In this document: in pieces, positions 28,835 through 37,895 of the stretch
How the letters are laid out: each line of letters opens with the position of its first letter
Position numbering within the stretch: position 1 is the stretch's first letter
Assembly: GCA_040755455.1 (NCBI GenBank)
Contig: JBFMAY010000002.1
Location: 1 to 64,000 of the forward strand
Length of the DNA stretch: 64,000 bases
Source: Thermodesulfobacteriota bacterium
Lineage (GTDB): Bacteria; Desulfobacterota; Desulfobulbia; Desulfobulbales; SURF-16
Direction of reading: 5' to 3'
Position numbers and translations under genes: made by a program
The notes under the pieces: generated by a model
The model's database searches: none
Seen by the model: the letters and a program-made list of their open reading frames with translations, nothing else
What the model was told of the DNA's origin: nothing

Positions 28835-30370
28835 TTAATCAAAAACAGGAACCGAGGGGAACAGGGAGGTGTCGGTATGGGGGATGAAGCGGCAGCCGGA
28901 GAAACGGATCATGAACTCCTGGTTGACGTTAAGTTCCAGGTAGGTGATCCTGCCCATAAGCTGCAGGCAACGCTCTCTGTCGCCCCGCTCGAGCAGGGCC
29001 AGTTCCGCACCGGCCAGCGAGCTGTTGCCGATGGCCTGAAAGGTGGTGAGCGGCAGATCGGGCAGCATGCCCAGGGTGATGGCCCGGCGCGGATCAATAT
29101 GACGGCCGAAGGCCCCGGCCACATAGATACGATGCAGATCCGCAAACGCAAGCCCCACCTGGTTGATCAGGGTGGTGAGGATCGAATACATCGCCGCCTT
29201 GGAGCGCATCACGGCATCAAGGTCCACCTGGCCCAGCACCACCGGCTCGTGGCCTGCCGCCTCATGGGCGCCGGCCACGACAAAGGCGAGCCCCTGCGGG
29301 GTATCGACAAAACGCTCCGCACAGCGCTCCCGCCTGAATTTGCCGCGGATGTCAATGATTCTTGCCAGGTAAAGGCAGGCAACCAGATCAATGATGCCTG
29401 ATCCGCAGATGCCCCGCGGCTTGCCGCCGTCAATGGTGCGGTAGCGCAGCTCCAGGGTCTGCGGATCAATCTCCACATGTTCGATGGCGCCGGGTCCCGC
29501 CCGCATGCCCATACGGGCCACCCCGCCCTCCAGGGCCGGTCCGGCAGCTCCGGCGCAGGCTATCAGCCATTCCCGGTTGCCGACCACCACCTCGGCATTG
29601 GTGCCCACGTCAATCAGCATGCAGGTCTCCTCCTGCCGGTCCAGGCCGCTGGCCACAATGCCGGAGATGAGATCCCCGCCGAAATAACTGCCGATACTGG
29701 GCATGACCCACACCGGCGCCGCCGGATGAAGTTCCAGGCCGATCTCCACGGCGGCAAAGGGATCAGGACTGTTGACCAGGGGGATGTAGGGCTCCCGGCA
29801 GAGGTGGCAGGGATCAAGCTGCAGCAGGAGGTGCACCATGGTGGTGTTGCCGCTCACCGCAAGCGCCCGGATATTTTCTCTTTTTTCGCCGGCCTTGTCG
29901 GCCAGCCCCGCGGCCAGCTCGTTGATCGCTGCCACGACGGCTGCCTGCAGGCGGCGCAGGCCATTATCCTTGGCGGCATAATGGATGCGGGTGAGAATAT
30001 CGGCGCCGAACTCGATCTGGCTGTTTTCCCGGTTGCCCCTGGCCAGCACCCGGCCATCTACCAGATTGATCAGACTGGCCTCAAGATGGGTGGTGCCCAG
30101 ATCCAGCGCCATGGCGGGCAGCATGCGGGGCTGCTCCGCGACAAAATCTACCAGCACGGCTCCGGCCGGCAGATCATTGATGATGGCCGCCCCCTTGAAG
30201 CCGGATTTCCTGAAATTTGCGGCAATATCCGCTATACGGCGCAAGGGAATCCGTGGGGCGATACCCGTTGCGGCTGCCACCGCCTTTTTAAGCCGGTCGA
30301 TATCCCCGGTGTTGTCATGCAGGCTGGGGGCAGTCGCCGCAACCGCAATGGCGAAAACAAATGGTTGCAT
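28835..30370 (-). CDS. ASKHA/DUF4445 ATP-dependent corrinoid reductive activator-like protein
   Basis: DLGTT, FGADILTRI, DVGTNAE, AAGPALEG, GICGSG and AGAFG motifs; no N-terminal [2Fe-2S] Cys motif. Confidence 0.88.
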   Translation of the reverse strand: MQPFVFAIAVAATAPSLHDNTGDIDRLKKAVAAATGIAPRIPLRRIADIAANFRKSGFKGAAIINDLPAGAVLVDFVAEQPRMLPAMALDLGTTHLEASLINLVDGRVLARGNRENSQIEFGADILTRIHYAAKDNGLRRLQAAVVAAINELAAGLADKAGEKRENIRALAVSGNTTMVHLLLQLDPCHLCREPYIPLVNSPDPFAAVEIGLELHPAAPVWVMPSIGSYFGGDLISGIVASGLDRQEETCMLIDVGTNAEVVVGNREWLIACAGAAGPALEGGVARMGMRAGPGAIEHVEIDPQTLELRYRTIDGGKPRGICGSGIIDLVACLYLARIIDIRGKFRRERCAERFVDTPQGLAFVVAGAHEAAGHEPVVLGQVDLDAVMRSKAAMYSILTTLINQVGLAFADLHRIYVAGAFGRHIDPRRAITLGMLPDLPLTTFQAIGNSSLAGAELALLERGDRERCLQLMGRITYLELNVNQEFMIRFSGCRFIPHTDTSLFPSVPVFD

Positions 30371-30460
30371 GTCCTGGTTCGAAAAAAAGTGTTAGATATG
30401 GGGAAATATGATAAATTGAGATGTTTTTAACACTCTAACGCCAACAAGCTCAATATATTT

Positions 30461-30829
30461 ATGACAAAAATCCTGGCAATAATGACCGGCGGCAGCCTGG
30501 GCTGTGTTTTCCGCTATCTGCTTTTCGTCTTCATCCAGCGCAACACCTCAACGGCCTTTCCCTTTGGGACCCTGGCGGTGAATCTCATCGGCTCGTTTCT
30601 CATCGGCTATCTGTGGGCCTTTTTCGAGGGAACCCGGCTGACCAACGACTGGCGGCTTTTCATTTTCACCGGCTTTCTGGGAGGGTTCACCACCTTCTCA
30701 ACCTTTACCAGGGAGGCAAGCCAGCTGATGAAAGCGGGTGAATATACGACAGCGCTGACCTATATGCTGACCAGCAATATTGCCGGCATTGGCCTGGTGT
30801 TTCTCGGCTTCATGCTGGCCAGACGATGA
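30461..30829 (+). CDS. crcB: fluoride efflux channel FluC/CrcB
   Basis: GGSLGCVFRY, FPFGTLAVNLIGSF and TGFLGGFTTFSTF motifs. Confidence 0.96.
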   Translation: MTKILAIMTGGSLGCVFRYLLFVFIQRNTSTAFPFGTLAVNLIGSFLIGYLWAFFEGTRLTNDWRLFIFTGFLGGFTTFSTFTREASQLMKAGEYTTALTYMLTSNIAGIGLVFLGFMLARR

Positions 30830-30857
30830 CCGCCCCTCGGCAAACGATAATGGATAA

Positions 30858-32054
30858 TTGAAATTGCCCCTGTTACTTTTCACATACCTCGTCACCGAGA
30901 CACTGGCTCCCTTCTTTGCCAGCCTGGCAATCCTGACGGCCATCCTCTTTCTCGGCCGCATTCTTCCCCTGTTTGATTTCATCATCAGCTTCGGCATCAA
31001 CCTGCCGGACTTTACCCGGCTCTGCGCCTACATGGTTCCCAATCTCTTCCTGTTTGCCATTCCCATGGCCAGCATGCTGGGGGTTATCCTCTGTTTCACC
31101 AGAATGGGCAACGACAATGAACTGATCGCCCTAAAAGCCGCCGGCATCGGCCTGTACCGCATGCTGCCGCCGGTCATCTTTTTTGCCGTGTGCACCTCCC
31201 TGCTGACCGGCTATTTCTCCACCACCCTGATACCAAGCGGCACCACCGCCATGAAAAAACTCTTTTTTCAGCTGGCCAAGGAGAAAATCGACCAGGGGCT
31301 GGATGAGAAAAAATTCAGTGACGGCCTGCCGGACGTGGTGATCTATATCGATCACAAGGATCCGGAGACGGAAAAATGGCAGGGCGTCTACGTGGCCGAC
31401 CACCGGGACAGCCGCAATCCCCTCACCATCGTCGCGGAAAACGGTTATCTGATCGCCAACATGCCGGACATGCTGCTTACCCTGCAGCTCGATCACGGCT
31501 CCATTCACCAGGCCAGAGAAAGCCGCACCCAGACGATCAGCTTTGCCACTTACCGCATCAATATCCCCCTGCAGGGACCGGGCATGAATGATGACGAGCA
31601 GGCAAACTCCATCAGCAAGAGTGAAATGACCCAGCGGGAGATCAGGGACTATGTGGCCAGCCATGGCCGGGAATCAGCCGCCAGCATTGCCCGGTTGATA
31701 GAATACCATCTCCGCCTGGTTCTGCCCGGCGGATGCTTTATCCTGACCATTCTCGGTCTGCCCCTTGCTCTGCGCACCAGGCCGGGACAGCGCTCCATCG
31801 GCCTGCCCCTGGGACTGATCATCTTCATCTGTTACTATGTCATGCTCACCACCGTTAAATCCTTCAGCGAAAGCAGTCCCCTGCCCGTGGCCATCACCAT
31901 GTGGATACCCAATGTTATCTTCGCCGGCCTGACTCTCTATATTCTCCGTTTCGCCAACCGGGAAAGCACGCTGAACCTGATCGATTTTTTCCTCAGAATC
32001 ATCCACAGCACGCAGAGCATTCTGCCAAGACCGGGAAAGAAGAAGAATTCATGA
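30858..32054 (+). CDS. lptF: LPS export permease LptF
   Basis: YjgP/YjgQ layout (3 TM, periplasmic domain, 3 TM); DNELIALKAAGI. Confidence 0.88.
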   Translation: MKLPLLLFTYLVTETLAPFFASLAILTAILFLGRILPLFDFIISFGINLPDFTRLCAYMVPNLFLFAIPMASMLGVILCFTRMGNDNELIALKAAGIGLYRMLPPVIFFAVCTSLLTGYFSTTLIPSGTTAMKKLFFQLAKEKIDQGLDEKKFSDGLPDVVIYIDHKDPETEKWQGVYVADHRDSRNPLTIVAENGYLIANMPDMLLTLQLDHGSIHQARESRTQTISFATYRINIPLQGPGMNDDEQANSISKSEMTQREIRDYVASHGRESAASIARLIEYHLRLVLPGGCFILTILGLPLALRTRPGQRSIGLPLGLIIFICYYVMLTTVKSFSESSPLPVAITMWIPNVIFAGLTLYILRFANRESTLNLIDFFLRIIHSTQSILPRPGKKKNS

Positions 32055-33136
32055 CACTGCTTGACCGCTATATCTTCAGACAATTCTTTCAGAATCTGCT
32101 GCTGGTGCTTGTCTCGCTGGTGGCCATCTACCTGCTTGTCGATTTTTTCGAACGCATAGACAATTTCACCGAGGCGGGCAAATCACTCGGCCTGGCCATT
32201 ACCTATTTCCTGCTCAAAATCCCCTTTATTTACGATCAGATGGCGCCTGTATGCATTCTGCTGGCCGGGGTCATCACCCTGGGGCTGCTGAGCAAGAACC
32301 GGGAACAGATGTCGCTGAACGCCGGGGGCATTTCGCTTGCGCGTATCGTGGGGCCGATCATTGCCGCCTCACTGCTGTTCACCATCCTGACCATTGCCGT
32401 TGCCCAATGGATTCTGCCGCGCACCAATGCCAGAACCAATGAAATCTGGTATCAGGAGGTCAACGAGCAGGTCACCAACGGCATTGTCAGAAAAGGACGC
32501 ATCTTTTACCGGGGAACAAAAGGGATTTACACCTTCAAACGGCCGGATCCGAAACACAACGTTTTTACCCAGTTCGTCTATACGGGGTGGGACGACTCAC
32601 GTCAGCATCTGCGCGTGCTGCTCACCGCCCAGAGAGCAGCATGGTCGGAGCGGGGCTGGACCTTCAAAAAAGGGCAGCTGAAAAAACGCCAGGAAGACGG
32701 CAGCTACGACATCAAACTGTTCACTGAGCTGCAATACGCCCTGCCCGACACCCCGGCGCAATTTTTTGTCCCGGCTTACCGGGTCACCGAGCTTTCCCTC
32801 TCCGAGTTGCACCAGAATGCCCGGACAAGCGTCAAGCAGGGAGACTGGCAGGGCACGGTGGCGATCAATCAGCGTCTGTCCTTCATTTTTCTCGGCGTGC
32901 CGCTGCTGCTGCTCTCCATTCCGCTCATGCACTCCCTGCAGCGGAAATGGAATAGAGATCTGTCCATGACCATTCCCATCAGCAGTGTGCTTGCCTTTTT
33001 TGCCTGGGCCATGTGGAACGTCACCCAGTCCCTGGCCCAGGCGGCCTACGTCAACCCGCTCATCGCCTCCTGGTCCATCCATGTCATCCTTACCGTGATC
33101 GGACTGGCTCTGCTGTGGCGGATGAACCGGATATAG
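32051..33136 (+). CDS. lptG: LPS export permease LptG
   Basis: MTLLDRYI start overlapping the lptF stop; NREQMSLNAGGISLARI. Confidence 0.88.
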   Translation: MTLLDRYIFRQFFQNLLLVLVSLVAIYLLVDFFERIDNFTEAGKSLGLAITYFLLKIPFIYDQMAPVCILLAGVITLGLLSKNREQMSLNAGGISLARIVGPIIAASLLFTILTIAVAQWILPRTNARTNEIWYQEVNEQVTNGIVRKGRIFYRGTKGIYTFKRPDPKHNVFTQFVYTGWDDSRQHLRVLLTAQRAAWSERGWTFKKGQLKKRQEDGSYDIKLFTELQYALPDTPAQFFVPAYRVTELSLSELHQNARTSVKQGDWQGTVAINQRLSFIFLGVPLLLLSIPLMHSLQRKWNRDLSMTIPISSVLAFFAWAMWNVTQSLAQAAYVNPLIASWSIHVILTVIGLALLWRMNRI

Positions 33137-33164
33137 CGGTTCGTGAATTTGCAATAGAGGGCAC

Positions 33165-33950
33165 GTGAAACTGGAAAATGCATTTGATCAGCTGAGGCCG
33201 GATGCCAGGGTCGGCATTGTCGGCATTCCACCCCTGGCAGTCATCGGCCGGCTGAACGCCATGGGGGTGCGTATCCATGATCTGGACGAACCCCAGGTCA
33301 ATACGGACATGGAAATCACCGCCCCCTTTCTGCCCAGGGTGTATTGCGCCATCCTCCGCACTGCGGTGCTCAATGCCCTGCATCTGGAACTTGACATGAT
33401 CTTCATCGATGTGGGGCCGGGGAAATGCGACTGCGCGCTGCACGTGTCAACCGTGCTGCGGGACATGCTGCCCATCCCGGTCATCCGCACCCGCAACGAG
33501 GACCATGCCGCCTATGGCCATCCGCTCTGCGAGACGCAAATGGCCCTGCTGGAAAAATTCAAGAAAATTACCGCAGGCGTCCAGAGCGCCGCGCCCTATG
33601 GACCGGAAAAATTTCCTCCCTGCCAGCCCACCGCCGGGTTCTGGGGGGTGCCGCCCAGGGACTTCTCCCTGCTCAGCTTATTTCCGGATACCACCCATAT
33701 TTACGGCTGGACCCGCTGCATGGAAAACAAGACCCCGGCCGACATGGAACTTGAAGCGCGGTTTAATGCCGAGGTGCCCACCATATTTTTTGCCCAGTCA
33801 TTCTGCGCCAAGACCGCCCTGGCAAAATTTCTGGCCGCCAAACATCCCCGCGGCCTCTATCTGGATGTGGATGTGACCTGCAGCAGCAGCACCCGGGCCA
33901 AGATCCAGGCCTTTCTCGAACTTTCAGGAGTCGGCCATGCTGCTTGCTGA
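33165..33950 (+). CDS. hypothetical Fe-S protein, distantly 2-hydroxyacyl-CoA dehydratase-like
   Basis: Spaced Cys motifs VYCAI, GKCDC, WTRC and QSFCAK; overlaps the activator ATPase gene. Confidence 0.6.
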   Translation: MKLENAFDQLRPDARVGIVGIPPLAVIGRLNAMGVRIHDLDEPQVNTDMEITAPFLPRVYCAILRTAVLNALHLELDMIFIDVGPGKCDCALHVSTVLRDMLPIPVIRTRNEDHAAYGHPLCETQMALLEKFKKITAGVQSAAPYGPEKFPPCQPTAGFWGVPPRDFSLLSLFPDTTHIYGWTRCMENKTPADMELEARFNAEVPTIFFAQSFCAKTALAKFLAAKHPRGLYLDVDVTCSSSTRAKIQAFLELSGVGHAAC

Positions 33951-34602
33951 TTTCGGCACCTCCTACTGCAAATTCCTTGATCTCGCCCAAGCGGCCGGGC
34001 AGCCCTATCTCGTCCCCACCAAGGATCTGCCCAAGGATTTGCGGGTCGACCTGGCCACCGGCCACAACGGCAAACGTTTCAGCGGCCGCTACGTCAACGA
34101 GCTGACCGCCCTGGCCCGGGGCGGCGAGGAGCTGATCGCGGCCCCGGATTACGTGCTGCTGGACTGCGGCAGCCGGGACATCAAGTACGTCTCCTACCGG
34201 CACGGCAAGCTGGCCGACATGGGCTGGAACAGCGAATGCGGCGCCTCCATGGGCTTTACCATCGAACTGCTGGAAAAATATTACAATCTCGACTACAACA
34301 TACTGGCGGTGCCGGACAGAACCTTTTCCATCACCTGCGGGGTGCTGGGCATGAGCCACATCTTTGACGCCGTGACCTCCGGCATCACCGAGGCAGAGGC
34401 GGTGGCCCGCTTTGTCAAGGGCATTGCGCTCAATGCCTACCGTTTCAGCGGCTCACCCGAGACCCTTTACCTCTCCGGCGGGCTGTGCGACAATCCCCTT
34501 TTTGTCGGCAGTCTGCCCTGCAGGGTTATCCCCCTGGGCCGCTACGTTTTGATCAAGGGCCTGGAAAAAACCGCCCGCGAGCACCTGTCAATTGCCCTAT
34601 GA
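33937..34602 (+). CDS. BadF/BadG/BcrA/BcrD-type activator ATPase
   Basis: DFGTSYCK, ATGH, NELTALARG, DCGSRDIK, WNSECGASMG, TCGVLG and LSGG motifs. Confidence 0.82.
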   Translation: MLLADFGTSYCKFLDLAQAAGQPYLVPTKDLPKDLRVDLATGHNGKRFSGRYVNELTALARGGEELIAAPDYVLLDCGSRDIKYVSYRHGKLADMGWNSECGASMGFTIELLEKYYNLDYNILAVPDRTFSITCGVLGMSHIFDAVTSGITEAEAVARFVKGIALNAYRFSGSPETLYLSGGLCDNPLFVGSLPCRVIPLGRYVLIKGLEKTAREHLSIAL

Positions 34603-34781
34603 CTACCCAGCAGAACCCGCCGAAGCGCCCCAACTGTTTCGGCTGCCGCAACTTTTTTATCACCCATGAACCTGCCCATCCATACGGCTGCCGGGCCATG
34701 GGCTTTAAATCGAAAAAAATGCCGTCCCAGGTCGTCTTTGAAAGCTCGGGCATGGAATGCCAGCTTTTTGTGAAAAAATAA
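34599..34781 (+). CDS. small Cys-rich metal-binding protein
   Basis: CFGC...YGCRAMGFKS...SGMEC; ATGA overlap with the upstream stop. Confidence 0.75.
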   Translation: MTTQQNPPKRPNCFGCRNFFITHEPAHPYGCRAMGFKSKKMPSQVVFESSGMECQLFVKK

Positions 34782-34810
34782 AGGAATTAACCCAACCCCG
34801 GAGAATCTTC

Positions 34811-35608
34811 ATGTTTACCATACTTGCAACCTACTCGCTGGTCGGCGCGGTGTCCGGCGTGCTGGCCGGGCTGCTCGGCATCGGCGGCGGACTGGTTATC
34901 GTCCCCATGCTGGTCTTCTGCTTCACCCGGCAGCAGATCCCCCATGAGCTGATCATGCATCTGGCCCTGGGTACCTCCATGGCCAGCATCATCTTCACCG
35001 CCGCATCAAGCTTCTGGGCCCACCACAAAAGAGGGGCGGTTCATTGGATAGTGGTGCGCCGCATCGTGCTCGGCATCTTTGTCGGCACCTTTCTCGGCTC
35101 CTGTCTCGCGGCCCGCCTGTCGAGCAATTTCCTCAAGGGATTCTTCGTCATATTTCTCTACTATGTGGCAACCCAGATGTTGATGGGCAAAAAGCCCAAA
35201 CCCTCCCGCCAGCTGCCCGGCCCGGTGGGCATGTTCGGGGTGGGCAATGTCATCGGCGCGTTTTCCAGCCTGGTCGGCATCGGCGGCGGCACCCTGTCCG
35301 TGCCCTTTATGACCTGGTGCAATATCCCGGTCCATGAGGCCATCGGCACCTCGGCTGCCATCGGCTTTCCCATCGCCATCGCCGGCACGATCGGCTACAT
35401 TTACAACGGTCTGCACAGCGCCGATCTGCCGTCCTATGCGGTGGGCTATGTCTATCTGCCGGCCCTGGCGGGACTTATCCTCACCAGCGTCCTGACCGCC
35501 CCGCTTGGCGTCCGGCTGGCCCACAGCCTGCCGGTGGAACGGCTGAAACGCATATTCGCCGTGCTGCTTTACCTCGTCGGCACCCGCATGCTGGTAAGCC
35601 TGTTCTGA
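34811..35608 (+). CDS. TauE/SafE sulfite exporter family protein
   Basis: Duplicated GLLGIGGG / SLVGIGGG and A.GTS motifs; about 8 TM segments. Confidence 0.93.
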   Translation: MFTILATYSLVGAVSGVLAGLLGIGGGLVIVPMLVFCFTRQQIPHELIMHLALGTSMASIIFTAASSFWAHHKRGAVHWIVVRRIVLGIFVGTFLGSCLAARLSSNFLKGFFVIFLYYVATQMLMGKKPKPSRQLPGPVGMFGVGNVIGAFSSLVGIGGGTLSVPFMTWCNIPVHEAIGTSAAIGFPIAIAGTIGYIYNGLHSADLPSYAVGYVYLPALAGLILTSVLTAPLGVRLAHSLPVERLKRIFAVLLYLVGTRMLVSLF

Positions 35609-35753
35609 GAAAGCCTCCCCCGTCCACGCCGCTGCTGTCTGAGAAAAATCATTGACACGCCATGCCGCATAGGTAAAAATACCGATCTGTTGTTTTTTTG
35701 CCCATGGCATGATGCCGTTAACCCAACTATTATTTAAGCGGGGAGGAAATTTC

Positions 35754-36917
35754 GTGAAAAAATTTGCACATTCAGGGACCAGGCTGTTGTCGCAGCTGTT
35801 GCTGCTGACTCTCTTTCTCCTGTCATCAGTGTCTGCCCAGGCCGGCCAGCTGAAAATCGGGGTTATTCTGGCGGAAACAGGCCCGGCCTCATTCCTCGGC
35901 GGGCCTGCGGCCCGTTCACTGCGGATGCTTGAAGGTGAACTAAACGCCGCCGGCGGCATCAACGGCAACCAGCTGCAACTCATCTACCGCGACTCCGGCG
36001 GCAGCCCGGAAAAGGCCGTCTCCTTCACCCGCCAGCTCATCGAGGAAGAGAAGGTCTTTGCCATCATCGGCCCTTCCACCAGCGGCGAGACCCTGAAGAT
36101 AAAGAAAATATGTGAAGATGCCGGCATCATTCTCATCTCCTGCGCCTCGGCCGAGCTGATCGTCAAGCCGGTCACCCCCTATGTTTTCAAGACCGCCCCC
36201 AGTGACAGCTTCGCCGCCCGGCGGATCTTCATGACCATGAACGAGATGTCCATCGCGAGCATCGCCGTTGTGACCGACAACACCGGATTCGGCAAGGCGG
36301 GCAAGGAGCAGCTGCAGAAAATCGCCCCGGAATACGGCATTAAAATTGTTGAAGATGAAACCTATGATAAAGACGCCACGGATTTAGCCTCACTGGTGGC
36401 CAAGATCAAGGCCAATGCCGAGGTGCAGGCGGTGGTCAACTGGTCGGTGGTGCCGGCCCAATCCATCATCGCCAAGAACATCCGCCAGGCAGGGTGGAAT
36501 GTGCCGATCTTTCAGAGCCACGGCTTTGCCAATCTCAAATACGTGGAGGCGGCCGGCGCCGCGGCTGAGGGCATTATCTTTCCCGCCAGCCGGCTGATGA
36601 TCGCAGATCTCCTTCAGCCCGGCCCACGGAAGGATTTCCTGCTGAAATACAAGACCGGCTATGAGACCAAATACGGCGAACAGGTCAGCACCTTTGGCGG
36701 CCATTCCTACGATGCCATGCTGATCATCAAGCAGGCGATTGAAACGGCCGGCGCCGATCCCGCCAAGATCCGGGAAGCGCTGGAAAATATCAAAGGTTTT
36801 TACGGCACAGCCGGCGAGTTTAATTTTACCGCGGAAGACCACTGCGGGTTGGGCATTGAGGCCTTTACCATGCTGACCGTCAAAAACGGCCGGTTTGAAC
36901 TGCTGAAAAAAGAGTAG
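35754..36917 (+). CDS. branched-chain amino acid-type ABC substrate-binding protein (orphan)
   Basis: Signal peptide; TGPASFLG, NAAGGING, IIGPSTSG and YDA motifs; no permease adjacent. Confidence 0.9.
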   Translation: MKKFAHSGTRLLSQLLLLTLFLLSSVSAQAGQLKIGVILAETGPASFLGGPAARSLRMLEGELNAAGGINGNQLQLIYRDSGGSPEKAVSFTRQLIEEEKVFAIIGPSTSGETLKIKKICEDAGIILISCASAELIVKPVTPYVFKTAPSDSFAARRIFMTMNEMSIASIAVVTDNTGFGKAGKEQLQKIAPEYGIKIVEDETYDKDATDLASLVAKIKANAEVQAVVNWSVVPAQSIIAKNIRQAGWNVPIFQSHGFANLKYVEAAGAAAEGIIFPASRLMIADLLQPGPRKDFLLKYKTGYETKYGEQVSTFGGHSYDAMLIIKQAIETAGADPAKIREALENIKGFYGTAGEFNFTAEDHCGLGIEAFTMLTVKNGRFELLKKE

Positions 36918-36975
36918 ACCCGGTTGCCGGGAGAAGAAAAATTGCGGTGGTGCTGCTGCGGCAGCCTGTCTTTAC

Positions 36976-37014
36976 CAGGAGGTATGGTCGTTTTGCCGCG
37001 ACCCATACCTCCTG
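36976..37014. terminator. 12-bp stem hairpin between convergent genes
   Basis: CAGGAGGTATGG ... CCATACCTCCTG; no U-tract. Confidence 0.45.
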
Positions 37015-37028
37015 CGTACCCTGTTGGG

Positions 37029-37071
37029 CTTGCCGCCTGTTGTCGGCGTCAAATGCAGCGCCTGGTCATGG
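37029..37071 (+). other. truncated, mutated attC (right half only)
   Basis: CTTGCCGCC...GGCGTCAAATGCAGCGCCTG-GTCATGG; GTCATGGGT matches the reverse complement of downstream ACCCATAAC at 8 of 9 positions. Confidence 0.65.
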
Positions 37072-37075
37072 GTTG

Positions 37076-37493
37076 TTATTTTTTGTCTTTCAATCTGGGC
37101 TCATATAATTTGATTGGCAATACAGATGCATATGACTCAAAATCTTTGTCCGTCGTGAAAATTGTCATTTGTGGCTGCATGCCAAAGAACAAATTATGAA
37201 ATCAGCATTTGAACCTTGAATTCCCTTGCTCCTTGCCAGATTAGAAAATTCAGCCGCCAGTTCAAAATCGCTGGAGAGCAGTGGGAGATCAGGAAATGCG
37301 GAAAGATGCTTTTTCAGCTTGTTGAATTGAGTTTTTGATTTGATGCCGGAAAGCAGTTCCTGGCGAATTGGCCCAACAAGTTGCACCCGTACTTCTGCTA
37401 TTAATTCTGCCAATTCATCGACAAGACAGCTTGAGTTGGATTCATTGCGGCGGAGAGCAAGGGACCAGAACAAGTATCGACAATAATTTTCAT
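37076..37493 (-). pseudogene. vapC: VapC (PIN) toxin with two 1-nt deletions
   Basis: MKIIVDTC / WSLALRR...IRQELLSG...ADFIIC..SHK / TIFTTDKDF lie in three frames; shifts near 37469 and 37168. Confidence 0.85.
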
Positions 37494-37690
37494 GTTATTT
37501 TCCGCTGCTCTTTGTAGTCGTAATCTTTTTCGTACTCAATCTTGTTAAAAAGCTCGAGGATGTTTTTTTGTTTTCTTTGTTGTATGTACTCCTCCAGTGC
37601 CTCTGTTACCACTGCCTTTTTGGTTTTATGTTTTCCCAACAGTTGGGCTTGCTCGATAAGACTGTCATCAATTGCTAAATTAGTAGCCAT
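37490..37690 (-). CDS. vapB: VapB-family antitoxin
   Basis: MATNLAIDDSLI..A..LG.HKTKKAVV.EALEEYI; stop overlaps the vapC ATG. Confidence 0.92.
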   Translation of the reverse strand: MATNLAIDDSLIEQAQLLGKHKTKKAVVTEALEEYIQQRKQKNILELFNKIEYEKDYDYKEQRKIT

Positions 37691-37700
37691 GTTACACCTC

Positions 37701-37751
37701 TTTTCACACAATTATTTATATATTATATATGTGTGAAAATATGTGTGAAAA
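37701..37751. promoter_or_regulatory. probable vapBC operator/promoter
   Basis: TTTTCACACA inverted against TGTGTGAAAA, the latter present twice in tandem, in an AT-rich region upstream of vapB. Confidence 0.6.
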
Positions 37752-37781
37752 TTTGGGGTTTGGTAAGTATTTTTTGATTAC

Positions 37782-37845
37782 CCATAACGCAGAGTTCACC
37801 AGTGCGGCGCCGTTTGCCGCATTTGCGTGAAACGACTTGTTGGGG
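37782..37845 (+). other. integron attC site
   Basis: R'' CCATAAC and R' GTTGGGG; TTCAC/GTGAA L boxes; central TGCGGC/GCCGCA stem; 64 bp. Confidence 0.82.
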
Positions 37846-37895
37846 GACTTGCTTACCATTGATACTTTCGTTAAAAAACAATGCGAAACAGACAC

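Noticed and set aside
30371..30460. Fluoride riboswitch expected upstream of crcB
   Set aside because: No recognisable motif in this 90-bp AT-rich gap.
34599..34781. Uracil-DNA glycosylase label often attached to this small protein family
   Set aside because: 60 aa with no UDG motifs; reported only as a Cys-rich protein.
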